Origin: an uncultured Gammaproteobacteria bacterium
Lineage (GTDB): Bacteria > Patescibacteriota > Microgenomatia > Levybacterales > UBA12049
Direction: 5' to 3'
Assembly (NCBI GenBank): GCA_964507055.1
Contig: CAZDOJ010000001.1
Location: 593,313-657,312, forward strand
DNA: 64,000 nt
Position numbers and translations under genes: made by a program. The notes under the pieces are model-generated. The model searched no databases, was not told where the DNA came from, and saw only the letters and a list, made by a program, of their open reading frames with translations. Positions 29,087 to 37,753 of this stretch are shown here, in pieces; the first letter of the stretch is position 1, and every line of letters starts with the position of its first letter.

Positions 29087-29983
29087 ATGAATATTTACTC
29101 AGCAATATCATCTAATATATGGAAGAGTTATTTGATACTTTTCCTTTTCATCATCTTTGCAGCGACCGTTGCGTATGTCATTGGTCGTGCAACAGATTAT
29201 GGCCCAGGGCTTGGGGTTGTAATATTCATTGTGGCTGTGGGATATAGTTTTTATAGCTATTTTTATTCAGATAAAATGGTATTAGCAACCTCCAGTGCAA
29301 AAGAAATCCATGAGAAGAATCATCCACAACTTTTTCATCTTGTTGAAAACCTTTCAATTGCAAGTGGTACACCAATGCCTAAAGTGTATATCATAGAAGA
29401 TGCTTCACCCAATGCATTTGCAACAGGTAGAGATCCCAAACATGCTGCTGTAGCCGTAACCACAGGTATTCTTGAGCGATTAAATAAATCCGAACTTGAA
29501 GGAGTTCTTGCACATGAATTATCTCATGTCCGAAACTACGATACGAGACTTTTAGCTATAACTGCAGTACTGGTTGGATTTATCGCCTTGATCACAGATA
29601 TCTTTATGCGTCATGTCTGGTGGAGTGGTTTGGGTGGACGAGACAGAGATAGTCGAGGACAAGCTATTTTCTTTGTTATTGCAATCGTCTTGGCAATTCT
29701 CGCACCAATTATTGCCAGTCTTATCCAATTGGCTATTTCCCGAAAAAGAGAATTTCTTGCCGATGCATCAGGTGCACTTTTAACACGATATCCTGAAGGT
29801 TTGGCACGAGCATTGGAGAAAATATCTTCAGATCCAAAACCATTAAAAACTGCAACCAATGCGACAGCACATCTTTTTATCGTTAATCCATTCAAAGGGA
29901 AGGGATTTGCTGGTTGGCTTTCCGGATTATTCAGTACCCACCCTCCGATCGAAGAACGTGTAAAGATTCTTCGCTCAATGTAG
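29087..29983 (+). CDS. htpX: M48-family zinc metalloprotease HtpX
   Basis: HELSHVRNYD (HExxH) and four TM segments. Confidence 0.9.
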   Translation: MNIYSAISSNIWKSYLILFLFIIFAATVAYVIGRATDYGPGLGVVIFIVAVGYSFYSYFYSDKMVLATSSAKEIHEKNHPQLFHLVENLSIASGTPMPKVYIIEDASPNAFATGRDPKHAAVAVTTGILERLNKSELEGVLAHELSHVRNYDTRLLAITAVLVGFIALITDIFMRHVWWSGLGGRDRDSRGQAIFFVIAIVLAILAPIIASLIQLAISRKREFLADASGALLTRYPEGLARALEKISSDPKPLKTATNATAHLFIVNPFKGKGFAGWLSGLFSTHPPIEERVKILRSM

Positions 29984-29995
29984 TAAAATAATCTA

Positions 29996-31285
29996 ATGAC
30001 TCTACCTCTAACAATTCTTGGCAAAACAATCTCTCAAATTAGTCGATCTCTTAATCGTGGCAATGGCTCTACATGGCCAGGACATATTGCTTTAAAAGGA
30101 AACAAGAATTTCATAAAGGACTTCCTGAAAAACTCAAATATCAAAACCATTATTGTTGCTGGAACGAATGGAAAAACCACAACTTCTTCTCTATTGAAAA
30201 CGGCATTAGAAAAGCAAGGATATAAAGTTTTGCAGAATGAATCAGGTGCAAACTTACTAAATGGTGTGGCATCGACGCTTATTTTAAATACCAATCCTTC
30301 AGGTAAACTGACTCATGATTTTGCGATATTTGAAGTTGATGAGAATGCACTACCGCAAGTTTTAAAACAAGTAACTCCTGATTATCTCCTCATGTTAAAC
30401 TTATTTCGTGATCAATTAGACAGATATGGTGAGATTCATACAATTGCTAAGAAATGGAAAGAGACAATAGCAGCTCTCCCTGCCGCAACAAAACTTATTC
30501 TCAATGGTGATGATGCACAGATCGCCTATTTAGGATTTACTGATGATAAACAATTACAGTCTTCAAGATTCTATTTTGGACTTAAGGGAACAACTGAAAA
30601 AAAGACGCAACAAGCGGCTGATTCTACTTTCTGCCCAAAATGCGGAAGTCCTCTGAAGTTTGAAGAAACAACATTCTCCCATCTCGGTAAATGGTCTTGT
30701 CCTAGTTGTGGATTGAAGCGACCTACAATAAGTCAAAATAGCTTTGAAACATATCCTCTCTCAGGCACATATAATAAATACAATATGCACGCTGTTGTTC
30801 TAACTCTTCGGGAAATAGGAATGACAGAAAAGGCAATTGCTGAAACATTGAAAGATTTTAAACCAGCATTTGGAAGACAGGAAATAATAAACTACAAAAA
30901 TAAGAACGTACAACTATTTTTATCAAAGAATCCGACGAGTTTTAATCAGTCTTTTGCAACGATTAAAGAATTGAAAGCCTCGACACTTTTAATAGTTCTT
31001 AATGATAGAATTCCTGATGGAAGAGACATCTCATGGATATGGGATACTGATCTTTCGGGAATTGAAGATTTTAAACATATACTTGTTGCTGGAGATAGGG
31101 TTTATGATATAGCATTACGGGTTAAATACGAAAATTACACGAATATTAAAACTTTTGAAAATTTACACGAAGCCATTACAACTGGAATTGAATTAACGAA
31201 AAATACTGAAACATTTTATATTCTGCCAACATACTCTGCTATGCTTGATTCAAGAAAAATCTTAACAGGTAAAAAAATATTGTAA
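29996..31285 (+). CDS. murT: Lipid II isoglutaminyl synthase subunit MurT (Mur-ligase domain plus a DUF1727 C-terminal domain)
   Basis: IIVAGTNGKTTTSSLL P-loop, a Cys4 ribbon (CPKCGSPL...CPSCG), and an operon partner gatD downstream. Confidence 0.8.
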   Translation: MTLPLTILGKTISQISRSLNRGNGSTWPGHIALKGNKNFIKDFLKNSNIKTIIVAGTNGKTTTSSLLKTALEKQGYKVLQNESGANLLNGVASTLILNTNPSGKLTHDFAIFEVDENALPQVLKQVTPDYLLMLNLFRDQLDRYGEIHTIAKKWKETIAALPAATKLILNGDDAQIAYLGFTDDKQLQSSRFYFGLKGTTEKKTQQAADSTFCPKCGSPLKFEETTFSHLGKWSCPSCGLKRPTISQNSFETYPLSGTYNKYNMHAVVLTLREIGMTEKAIAETLKDFKPAFGRQEIINYKNKNVQLFLSKNPTSFNQSFATIKELKASTLLIVLNDRIPDGRDISWIWDTDLSGIEDFKHILVAGDRVYDIALRVKYENYTNIKTFENLHEAITTGIELTKNTETFYILPTYSAMLDSRKILTGKKIL

Positions 31286-31325
31286 ATACTTAATGTCATT
31301 CCCGTGCAGACGAGAATCCAGAATT

Positions 31326-31880
31326 ATGAAGAAACCAATTACTTTTATTACAGGAAATAAAAATAAAGTTGCTTATACAACACGCTATACATCCATTCCC
31401 CTCATGCATAAAAATCTGGATATACCAGAGATCCAATCTCTTAATGTTCGTAAAGTAGTAGAGTTGAAAGCAAGAGAAGCGTATAGACAACTAAGGCAAC
31501 CTGTGCTTGTTGAAGATACTGCATTAGTCTTTCATGAATTAGGCAAACTCCCTGGTACATTTATCAGATGGTTTCTTGAAGAGATTGGGAATGAAGGAAT
31601 GTGCAGGATGCTTGACGGTAAAGAACGAAGTGCAACCATAACCGTAGCATTTGCACTATTTGACGGAGAAACTATACATATATGTGACGGAATAAGACAT
31701 GGTTCGATTGCAGATCATCCGCGAGGAGAATATGGATTTGGATGGGATCCAATCTTTATCCCAGAAGGTTTTACAAAAACTAATGCTGAGCTTACATCTG
31801 AAGAAAGAAGTTCAATTTCAGTAAGAAAAATTGCTTTAAAAAAGCTGGAGAAAATATTAACTGGAAAGAAAATATTATGA
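31326..31880 (+). CDS. Non-canonical purine NTP pyrophosphatase (Ham1/RdgB/ITPase family), paralog 1
   Basis: ITFITGNKNK ... FGWDPIFIPEG motifs. Start taken at MKKPITF. Confidence 0.75.
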   Translation: MKKPITFITGNKNKVAYTTRYTSIPLMHKNLDIPEIQSLNVRKVVELKAREAYRQLRQPVLVEDTALVFHELGKLPGTFIRWFLEEIGNEGMCRMLDGKERSATITVAFALFDGETIHICDGIRHGSIADHPRGEYGFGWDPIFIPEGFTKTNAELTSEERSSISVRKIALKKLEKILTGKKIL

Positions 31881-32425
31881 AACCTATCACTTATATTACT
31901 GGGAACAAACATAAACTAGAACATTTCATGAGATATGCTGAATTCCCTGTAGATCATGTAGATCTGGATTTAACCGAGATTCAGTCATTGGACACAAATA
32001 AAATTGTAGAGCATAAAGTAAGAGAAGCATACGCAAAAGTTAAAAAACCAGTTCTTATTGAAGATGTCTCGCTCACATTTCATGCATTGGGGAAATTGCC
32101 TGGCCCGTTAATTAAATGGTTTTTAGAATCCATAAAAGCTGAAGGTCTTTGCCGATTAATCGATAATTATAAAGACCGAAGTGCCACTGCTTCAGTCATA
32201 TTTGCCTTTTATGATGGAACGACTGTTACATTATTTAGCGGGGAAATGCATGGCACGATTGCTCCAAAGCCCCTCGGTGATGGATTTGGATGGACGCCAA
32301 TTTTTATCCCAGATGGTTGGAATAAGTCATATGGAGAGATGAATGTTCAAGAGCAAAAAGAAACTTCGATGAGACGAATTGCTGTCGAAAAATTAAATAA
32401 ATTCTTTAAAAATTATGAAATATAA
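31877..32425 (+). CDS. Non-canonical purine NTP pyrophosphatase (Ham1/RdgB family), paralog 2
   Basis: ITYITGNKHK ... FGWTPIFIPDG. About 50% identical to paralog 1. Its start overlaps the upstream stop (ATGA). Confidence 0.75.
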   Translation: MKPITYITGNKHKLEHFMRYAEFPVDHVDLDLTEIQSLDTNKIVEHKVREAYAKVKKPVLIEDVSLTFHALGKLPGPLIKWFLESIKAEGLCRLIDNYKDRSATASVIFAFYDGTTVTLFSGEMHGTIAPKPLGDGFGWTPIFIPDGWNKSYGEMNVQEQKETSMRRIAVEKLNKFFKNYEI

Positions 32426-33176
32426 CGTAAAAATCGGCTGGTTATATCCACAACTCATGAGTACCTATGGTGACAGAGGTAATATCATGGTACTTCAAAA
32501 ACGCTGTGAATGGCGAGCAATTGAAGTTGAAATACTCCAAATAGATGCATCGACGAGTGATAAAGATCTACGTTCTATTGATTTGCTTTTTGGTGGTGGT
32601 GCACAGGATCGTGAACAAGAGATTGTTATGGAAAATCTTATGAAAAAGAAAAAAGCCATTAGAGATCTCATTGAAAATAATATCCCAGCACTTTTTGTTT
32701 GTGGATCTCCACAACTCATGGGTAACTATTATGAACCTTCGGAAGGGAAAAGAATTGAAGGATTAGGAATATTCGATATGTATTCACAGCATCCTGGTCC
32801 AAAAGAGGATAGATTGATTGGTAATTTAATTGCTTCAATTCAATTCCCTGAAGCTATTGCTAATACAAAAGTTGTCGGATTTGAAAATCACGGTGGGCGG
32901 ACATATCTTGGAGATAAGGTAAAACCTTTTGCAAAAGTTCTAAAAGGATTCGGGAATAATGGTAATGATGGAACTGAAGGAGTTGTCTATAAAAATGCCA
33001 TAGGTTGTTATCTCCACGGTCCCCTTTTGCCTAAGAATCCTCAGATTGCTGATTATCTTATTCAAAAAGCTTTGGAAATTAAATACAAAAAGCAAATTTC
33101 TTTAGAGCCGATTGATGACTCCCTTGAAGAGAAGGCTCAAGAAAGTTTATTAAAAAGGTTTCATATACACGATTAA
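32415..33176 (+). CDS. gatD: Lipid II isoglutaminyl synthase glutaminase subunit GatD (CobB/CobQ-like GATase)
   Basis: GWLYPQLMSTYGDRGNI...CGSPQLMG...H is a class-I GATase triad region. Confidence 0.8.
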   Translation: MKYNVKIGWLYPQLMSTYGDRGNIMVLQKRCEWRAIEVEILQIDASTSDKDLRSIDLLFGGGAQDREQEIVMENLMKKKKAIRDLIENNIPALFVCGSPQLMGNYYEPSEGKRIEGLGIFDMYSQHPGPKEDRLIGNLIASIQFPEAIANTKVVGFENHGGRTYLGDKVKPFAKVLKGFGNNGNDGTEGVVYKNAIGCYLHGPLLPKNPQIADYLIQKALEIKYKKQISLEPIDDSLEEKAQESLLKRFHIHD

Positions 33177-33216
33177 CATGCTTGCGATTTTCTGACGCAG
33201 AGCATATAATAGCCTC

Positions 33217-33501
33217 ATGAAACTTGATGTATCTAAGGTCGCAACACTCGCAAATCTTCCCCTCAAAGATGAAGAAAAGAAAAAACTCGAATCTCAACTT
33301 GAAGAAACACTTTCATATATCGAAAATCTCCAAGAAGTCGATACGAAGCATGTAGAGCCAACTGCTCATGTTACTGGTTTAGAGAACGTCACTCGTGAAG
33401 ATGTTGCTGCTAAATCACTTACACAAAAACAAGCATTATCAAATACAAAAAATACTCATGAAGGTTTTTTCCAAGTAAACGCGATTTTAGATAATGAATA
33501 A
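33217..33501 (+). CDS. gatC: Asp-tRNA(Asn)/Glu-tRNA(Gln) amidotransferase subunit C
   Basis: VATLANLPLKDEEKKKLESQLEETLSYIENL is a GatC signature. Confidence 0.85.
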   Translation: MKLDVSKVATLANLPLKDEEKKKLESQLEETLSYIENLQEVDTKHVEPTAHVTGLENVTREDVAAKSLTQKQALSNTKNTHEGFFQVNAILDNE

Positions 33502-34150
33502 TCAATTTGTGACGATATATGTAGTCCGTCATGGGGAATGTGTAGAAAATGTTTTACAAGATACGAACTCAAAAGACATTACGAAATCTTTTGGAGAACA
33601 CGGAAGCCCATTGACAGAAAAAGGAAGGACACAGGCAACAAAAGCAGCAGAAATACTTAAAAATGTACCTTTTGATGCGATTTTCTCATCAGATTTAGTC
33701 AGGGCAAAAGAGACAGCTGAAATAATCGCAGCAAATCATAAAGTGCCAGTTGTCACAATAAGCACAATTCGAGAACGTGATTTTGGAATAAAAATGACCA
33801 AAGCACAGCGTGCAGAGATAGATAAATCGGTTAAAGCATTAAACGATGAAGAAAAATTTGCATTTAAATACTCTCCTGAAGGAGAAAGTAGCAAAGATGC
33901 GTTAGAGAGATTTTTAACCTTCTTAGAGGAAATAGTTCCGGTATACTTTGGAAAGACAGTACTTGTAGTCAATCATGGAAATATCATGCGATCATTTTTA
34001 ATAAGAAATGGATTTGCAAGAGCAGATGAATTAGCATCTGGAACAATTGATAATACAGGGTATTATGTAATAAAAACTGATGGCAAAAACGTAGAGATAG
34101 GTAAAACACACGGTGTACATAAAAAAGGCAAAGGAAAAGCAGAAGCATAA
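33494..34150 (+). CDS. Histidine phosphatase family protein (phosphoglycerate-mutase-like)
   Basis: IYVVRHGECVEN RHG motif and a C-terminal HGN motif. Confidence 0.8.
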   Translation: MNNQFVTIYVVRHGECVENVLQDTNSKDITKSFGEHGSPLTEKGRTQATKAAEILKNVPFDAIFSSDLVRAKETAEIIAANHKVPVVTISTIRERDFGIKMTKAQRAEIDKSVKALNDEEKFAFKYSPEGESSKDALERFLTFLEEIVPVYFGKTVLVVNHGNIMRSFLIRNGFARADELASGTIDNTGYYVIKTDGKNVEIGKTHGVHKKGKGKAEA

Positions 34151-34154
34151 GCAT

Positions 34155-35561
34155 ATGAACAAACATTTAACAATCACACAAACTCTTGAGGGCTTGAAAA
34201 AGAAAGAATTTACATCGGTTGAACTCACTGAAATGTATTTGAAACGCATTAAGGAAGTCGAACCAAAAGTAAACGCTTTCGTTACAATTACCGAAGAGGA
34301 AGCACTAAAAAGTGCGAATGAAGCGGATAAAAAGCGTGCACAAGGCGTTGATGCTCCCCTTTTGGGTGTGCCTCTTTCAGTAAAAGATAATTTTTCAACC
34401 AATGGCATAAGAACCACTGCATCAAGTAAAGTTCTGGATCAATATATCCCTCCATACGATGCAACTGTTGTTAGTAAGCTTAAAGATGCTGGGATGGTCC
34501 TTCTTGGAAAGACAAATATGGATGCTTGGGCACATGGTTCATCAACGGAAACATCAGATTACGGTTCTTCAAGAAATCCTTGGAATACAGATCATCTTCC
34601 TGGTGGATCATCAGGTGGTGCAGCTGCAAGTGTAGCTGCAGATGAAACAGTCGCAGCAATAGGGTCCGAAACAGCAGGCTCAATCAGACAACCAGCAAGT
34701 TGGTGCGGAGTAGTTGGTTTGAAGCCTACATACGGCCGTGTAAGCCGATATGGAGTAGTCGCAATGGGATCATCGCTCGATAGTCCTGGTCCTATTACAA
34801 AAACCGTTGAAGATAGTGCTTTATTGTTGCAAGTTCTTGCAGGACAAGATCCTCATGATGCGACGACATCACCCATCGCTGTGCCAAACTATTTAGCTTC
34901 AATGAAGAACGATATTAAAGGACTTAGAATCGGTATCTCGGAAGATTATTTTGAAGGAGTAAATGATGAAGTAAAAGCACAAGTAGAGAAAGAATTAAAA
35001 GTATTTGAGAACCTTGGAGCAAAGATAAAGAAAATTAAACTCTTCCACCCTAAATATGCAATTGCTTTATATACGATTCTCCAACGAGCAGAAGTCTCAT
35101 CAAATTTGGCACGCTATGATGGTATTCGATATGGACATGATCGATCTTTTTTTGGAGATGAGGCAAAACGTAGAGTGATGTTAGGAACATACACTCTTTC
35201 AGCTGGATATTATGATCAATACTACAACAAGGCACTGAAAGTTCGAACGGTCATCATTGAAGACTTTAAAAAGGCATTTAATGATGTCGATGTTATCATC
35301 GGTCCAACCAGTCCAACAACATCATTAAAAGTAGGGGCAACTGAAGATCAATCAATGTTCGGGGAGCTTGCAGATGTGCTTGTTGAGCCATCTTCAATCG
35401 CTGGACTTTCGGGAATTAATGTTCCATGCGGTTTCTCTACAGAAGGATTACCAATCGGATTACAGATAATCGGGCCGCAGTTCGCTGAAGAAGTTGTTAT
35501 TAACGCAGCATACAAATATGAGCAAGCTACAAACTGGAATGAAAGGAAGCCAAATCTATGA
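34155..35561 (+). CDS. gatA: Asp-tRNA(Asn)/Glu-tRNA(Gln) amidotransferase subunit A (amidase)
   Basis: GGSSGGAAASVAA amidase signature. Start taken at MNKHLTIT, which avoids overlap with the upstream gene. Confidence 0.9.
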   Translation: MNKHLTITQTLEGLKKKEFTSVELTEMYLKRIKEVEPKVNAFVTITEEEALKSANEADKKRAQGVDAPLLGVPLSVKDNFSTNGIRTTASSKVLDQYIPPYDATVVSKLKDAGMVLLGKTNMDAWAHGSSTETSDYGSSRNPWNTDHLPGGSSGGAAASVAADETVAAIGSETAGSIRQPASWCGVVGLKPTYGRVSRYGVVAMGSSLDSPGPITKTVEDSALLLQVLAGQDPHDATTSPIAVPNYLASMKNDIKGLRIGISEDYFEGVNDEVKAQVEKELKVFENLGAKIKKIKLFHPKYAIALYTILQRAEVSSNLARYDGIRYGHDRSFFGDEAKRRVMLGTYTLSAGYYDQYYNKALKVRTVIIEDFKKAFNDVDVIIGPTSPTTSLKVGATEDQSMFGELADVLVEPSSIAGLSGINVPCGFSTEGLPIGLQIIGPQFAEEVVINAAYKYEQATNWNERKPNL

Positions 35562-36877
35562 GCAAACTAACACCAATTATTGGACTTGAAGTACATGTGG
35601 AATTAAAAACAAATTCAAAAATGTTTTGTGGCTGTTCTGCTGATTATTTCGGGAAAAATCCGAATAGCCATACGTGTCCAGTTTGTCTTGGTCTTCCTGG
35701 AGCACTTCCTGTTCCAAACAAAACAGCAATTGACTGGTGTATAAAAATTGCCCTCGCTTTGAACTGCAAGATAAATTCATACTCAAAATTTGATCGAAAG
35801 AATTATTTTTATCCTGACCTTGCAAAAGGCTATCAGATAAGTCAGTACGATTTGCCTTTTGGTTATGAAGGCTATATCGAACTTTCTTCGGGGAAAAAGA
35901 TAGGAATCACTCGAGTGCATATGGAAGAAGATACAGGAAAGCTTTCTCACAAGGATATTCATCATGAAAAGGTTAGTTTGATCGATTTTAATAGAAGTGG
36001 CGTACCTTTGGTCGAGATTGTAACAGAACCGGACTTCCATGACGCCCTTGAAGTAAAAGAATATTTACAGAAATTGCAGCAAATCGTCCGATATCTTGAT
36101 GTTTCTAACGCGGATATGGAAAAAGGTGAAATGAGACTCGAACCAAACATATCTCTTTCACCGGATCCTAAGAAATTACCGAATTATAAGGTTGAAGTGA
36201 AAAACATTAATTCATTCAAATTCGTAGAAAAGGCAATCAATTATGAAGTAACGCGTCAAAACGCCATACTAGAACGAAATGAAGTGCCAGCTCAGGAAAC
36301 TCGTGGATGGGATGATAACCGTCAAAAAACATTCTCACAGAGATCTAAAGAAGACGCACATGACTATCGATATTTTCCTGAACCTGATATTCCCCCAATA
36401 GTAACCACTAAAGATGAAATTAGCACTCTACTCAATTCAGTGCCAGAATTGCCGGACAAAAAAATAAAACGCTTTGAGAAGGAATTTAGCCTTACATTTT
36501 ATGATTCTGAGATACTTACAAGAGAGAAACCTTTAGCAGATTTCTTTGAAGAGGCTGTTAGAGAAGGAAAAGAGCAGAAACTCAATCCTAAAGACATTGC
36601 TAACTATATTATTAATAAAAAGATTGTTTCAAGTACTATTTCCCCTATCGCATTAGTACAGCAAATTGTAGCGAGTAAACAAACTGTTCAGGTTGATGGA
36701 AAGGAATTGGAAAGAACTATTAAAGAAGTTCTTGTTGAAAATGGAAAAGCTGTAACAGACTATAAAAATGGCAAAGAAGCCTCACTTATGTTCTTATTTG
36801 GACAGACAATGAAAAAACTTGGCAAAAAAGTTGATGTAGACACTGTTAAGAAAGAGCTCCTCAAATTGCTCCAGTAA
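35558..36877 (+). CDS. gatB: Asp-tRNA(Asn)/Glu-tRNA(Gln) amidotransferase subunit B
   Basis: PIIGLEVHVELKTNSKMFCGC is the GatB N-terminus. Its start overlaps the gatA stop. Confidence 0.9.
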   Translation: MSKLTPIIGLEVHVELKTNSKMFCGCSADYFGKNPNSHTCPVCLGLPGALPVPNKTAIDWCIKIALALNCKINSYSKFDRKNYFYPDLAKGYQISQYDLPFGYEGYIELSSGKKIGITRVHMEEDTGKLSHKDIHHEKVSLIDFNRSGVPLVEIVTEPDFHDALEVKEYLQKLQQIVRYLDVSNADMEKGEMRLEPNISLSPDPKKLPNYKVEVKNINSFKFVEKAINYEVTRQNAILERNEVPAQETRGWDDNRQKTFSQRSKEDAHDYRYFPEPDIPPIVTTKDEISTLLNSVPELPDKKIKRFEKEFSLTFYDSEILTREKPLADFFEEAVREGKEQKLNPKDIANYIINKKIVSSTISPIALVQQIVASKQTVQVDGKELERTIKEVLVENGKAVTDYKNGKEASLMFLFGQTMKKLGKKVDVDTVKKELLKLLQ

Positions 36878-36883
36878 AAGTTT

Positions 36884-37723
36884 ATGACTGAAAATCCACT
36901 ACATAGATCTGGGGAACCAGATCAAGATCCTACGTTGCGTGAAATTAAAGATCATGCGGAATCTGTTAATCTCACATATATAAGTAATACAGATTTTAGA
37001 CGGAACCTAAAACGTCGAGAAGGACAACATCGAGTAGTATTTGAAGCAGTTAAAGAAGGTTTACTCACAATCGAGGATGGTGCATTTTTAACTGCATCGC
37101 TCCATGCCGAAACAGATATAGAAACAGAAATAGATGCCAGAACAGGTTTGTACAAAGATCACGTGGCTCAAAGAAGACTTCGAGAGGATTTACGTATGTC
37201 AGCCCTCGTGAATGAACCTGTGTCAGTCGCATTTGTCGATTTAGATGATTTTGGGAAAGTAAATAAAGCATATTCGCAAGATCATGGCGATGCGGTTCTT
37301 GGAGTGGTAGGAGAATATTTACGAAGAAATTCTCGTGCAACGGATACCGTCGGCAGAAGAGGCGGAGAAGAGATTTTGATAGTCATGCCAGGAATTGATG
37401 AAGTTACTATGCGGCAGCGGTTGTTACCTGTCTTTGATTTTATGCCAGAATATGTCGCTGATGCGATAGCGGGGACAGGTTTTGCAATAACGAATAGAAT
37501 TACTGCGAGTGTGGGAGTAGCAAATGTTTTATTTGATAGTCAGCAGCCTTCAGGTTCTGTTTTGACTGCATCTTCAAATGTACTCATTAATACAGCAGAT
37601 AGACGAATGAATATAGCAAAGGCTGCAGGGAAAAATAGAGTATTTGGGACAGCACAAGAAAAAACATGGCGTAGAGATGTATATGCACAAGGGAAAAAGG
37701 TTGTTGCTCAAAACCTTTTATAA
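36884..37723 (+). CDS. GGDEF-domain diguanylate cyclase (GGEEI active-site variant, intact RxxD I-site) with a roughly 110-aa N-terminal domain of unknown function
   Basis: AFVDLDDFGKVNKAYSQDHGDAVL...RATDTVGRRGGEEILIVM matches PleD-type spacing (RxxD-x5-GGEEx). Confidence 0.75.
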   Translation: MTENPLHRSGEPDQDPTLREIKDHAESVNLTYISNTDFRRNLKRREGQHRVVFEAVKEGLLTIEDGAFLTASLHAETDIETEIDARTGLYKDHVAQRRLREDLRMSALVNEPVSVAFVDLDDFGKVNKAYSQDHGDAVLGVVGEYLRRNSRATDTVGRRGGEEILIVMPGIDEVTMRQRLLPVFDFMPEYVADAIAGTGFAITNRITASVGVANVLFDSQQPSGSVLTASSNVLINTADRRMNIAKAAGKNRVFGTAQEKTWRRDVYAQGKKVVAQNLL

Positions 37724-37753
37724 TAGTTACCCTGCTCGACAAAGTAGCTTCAA

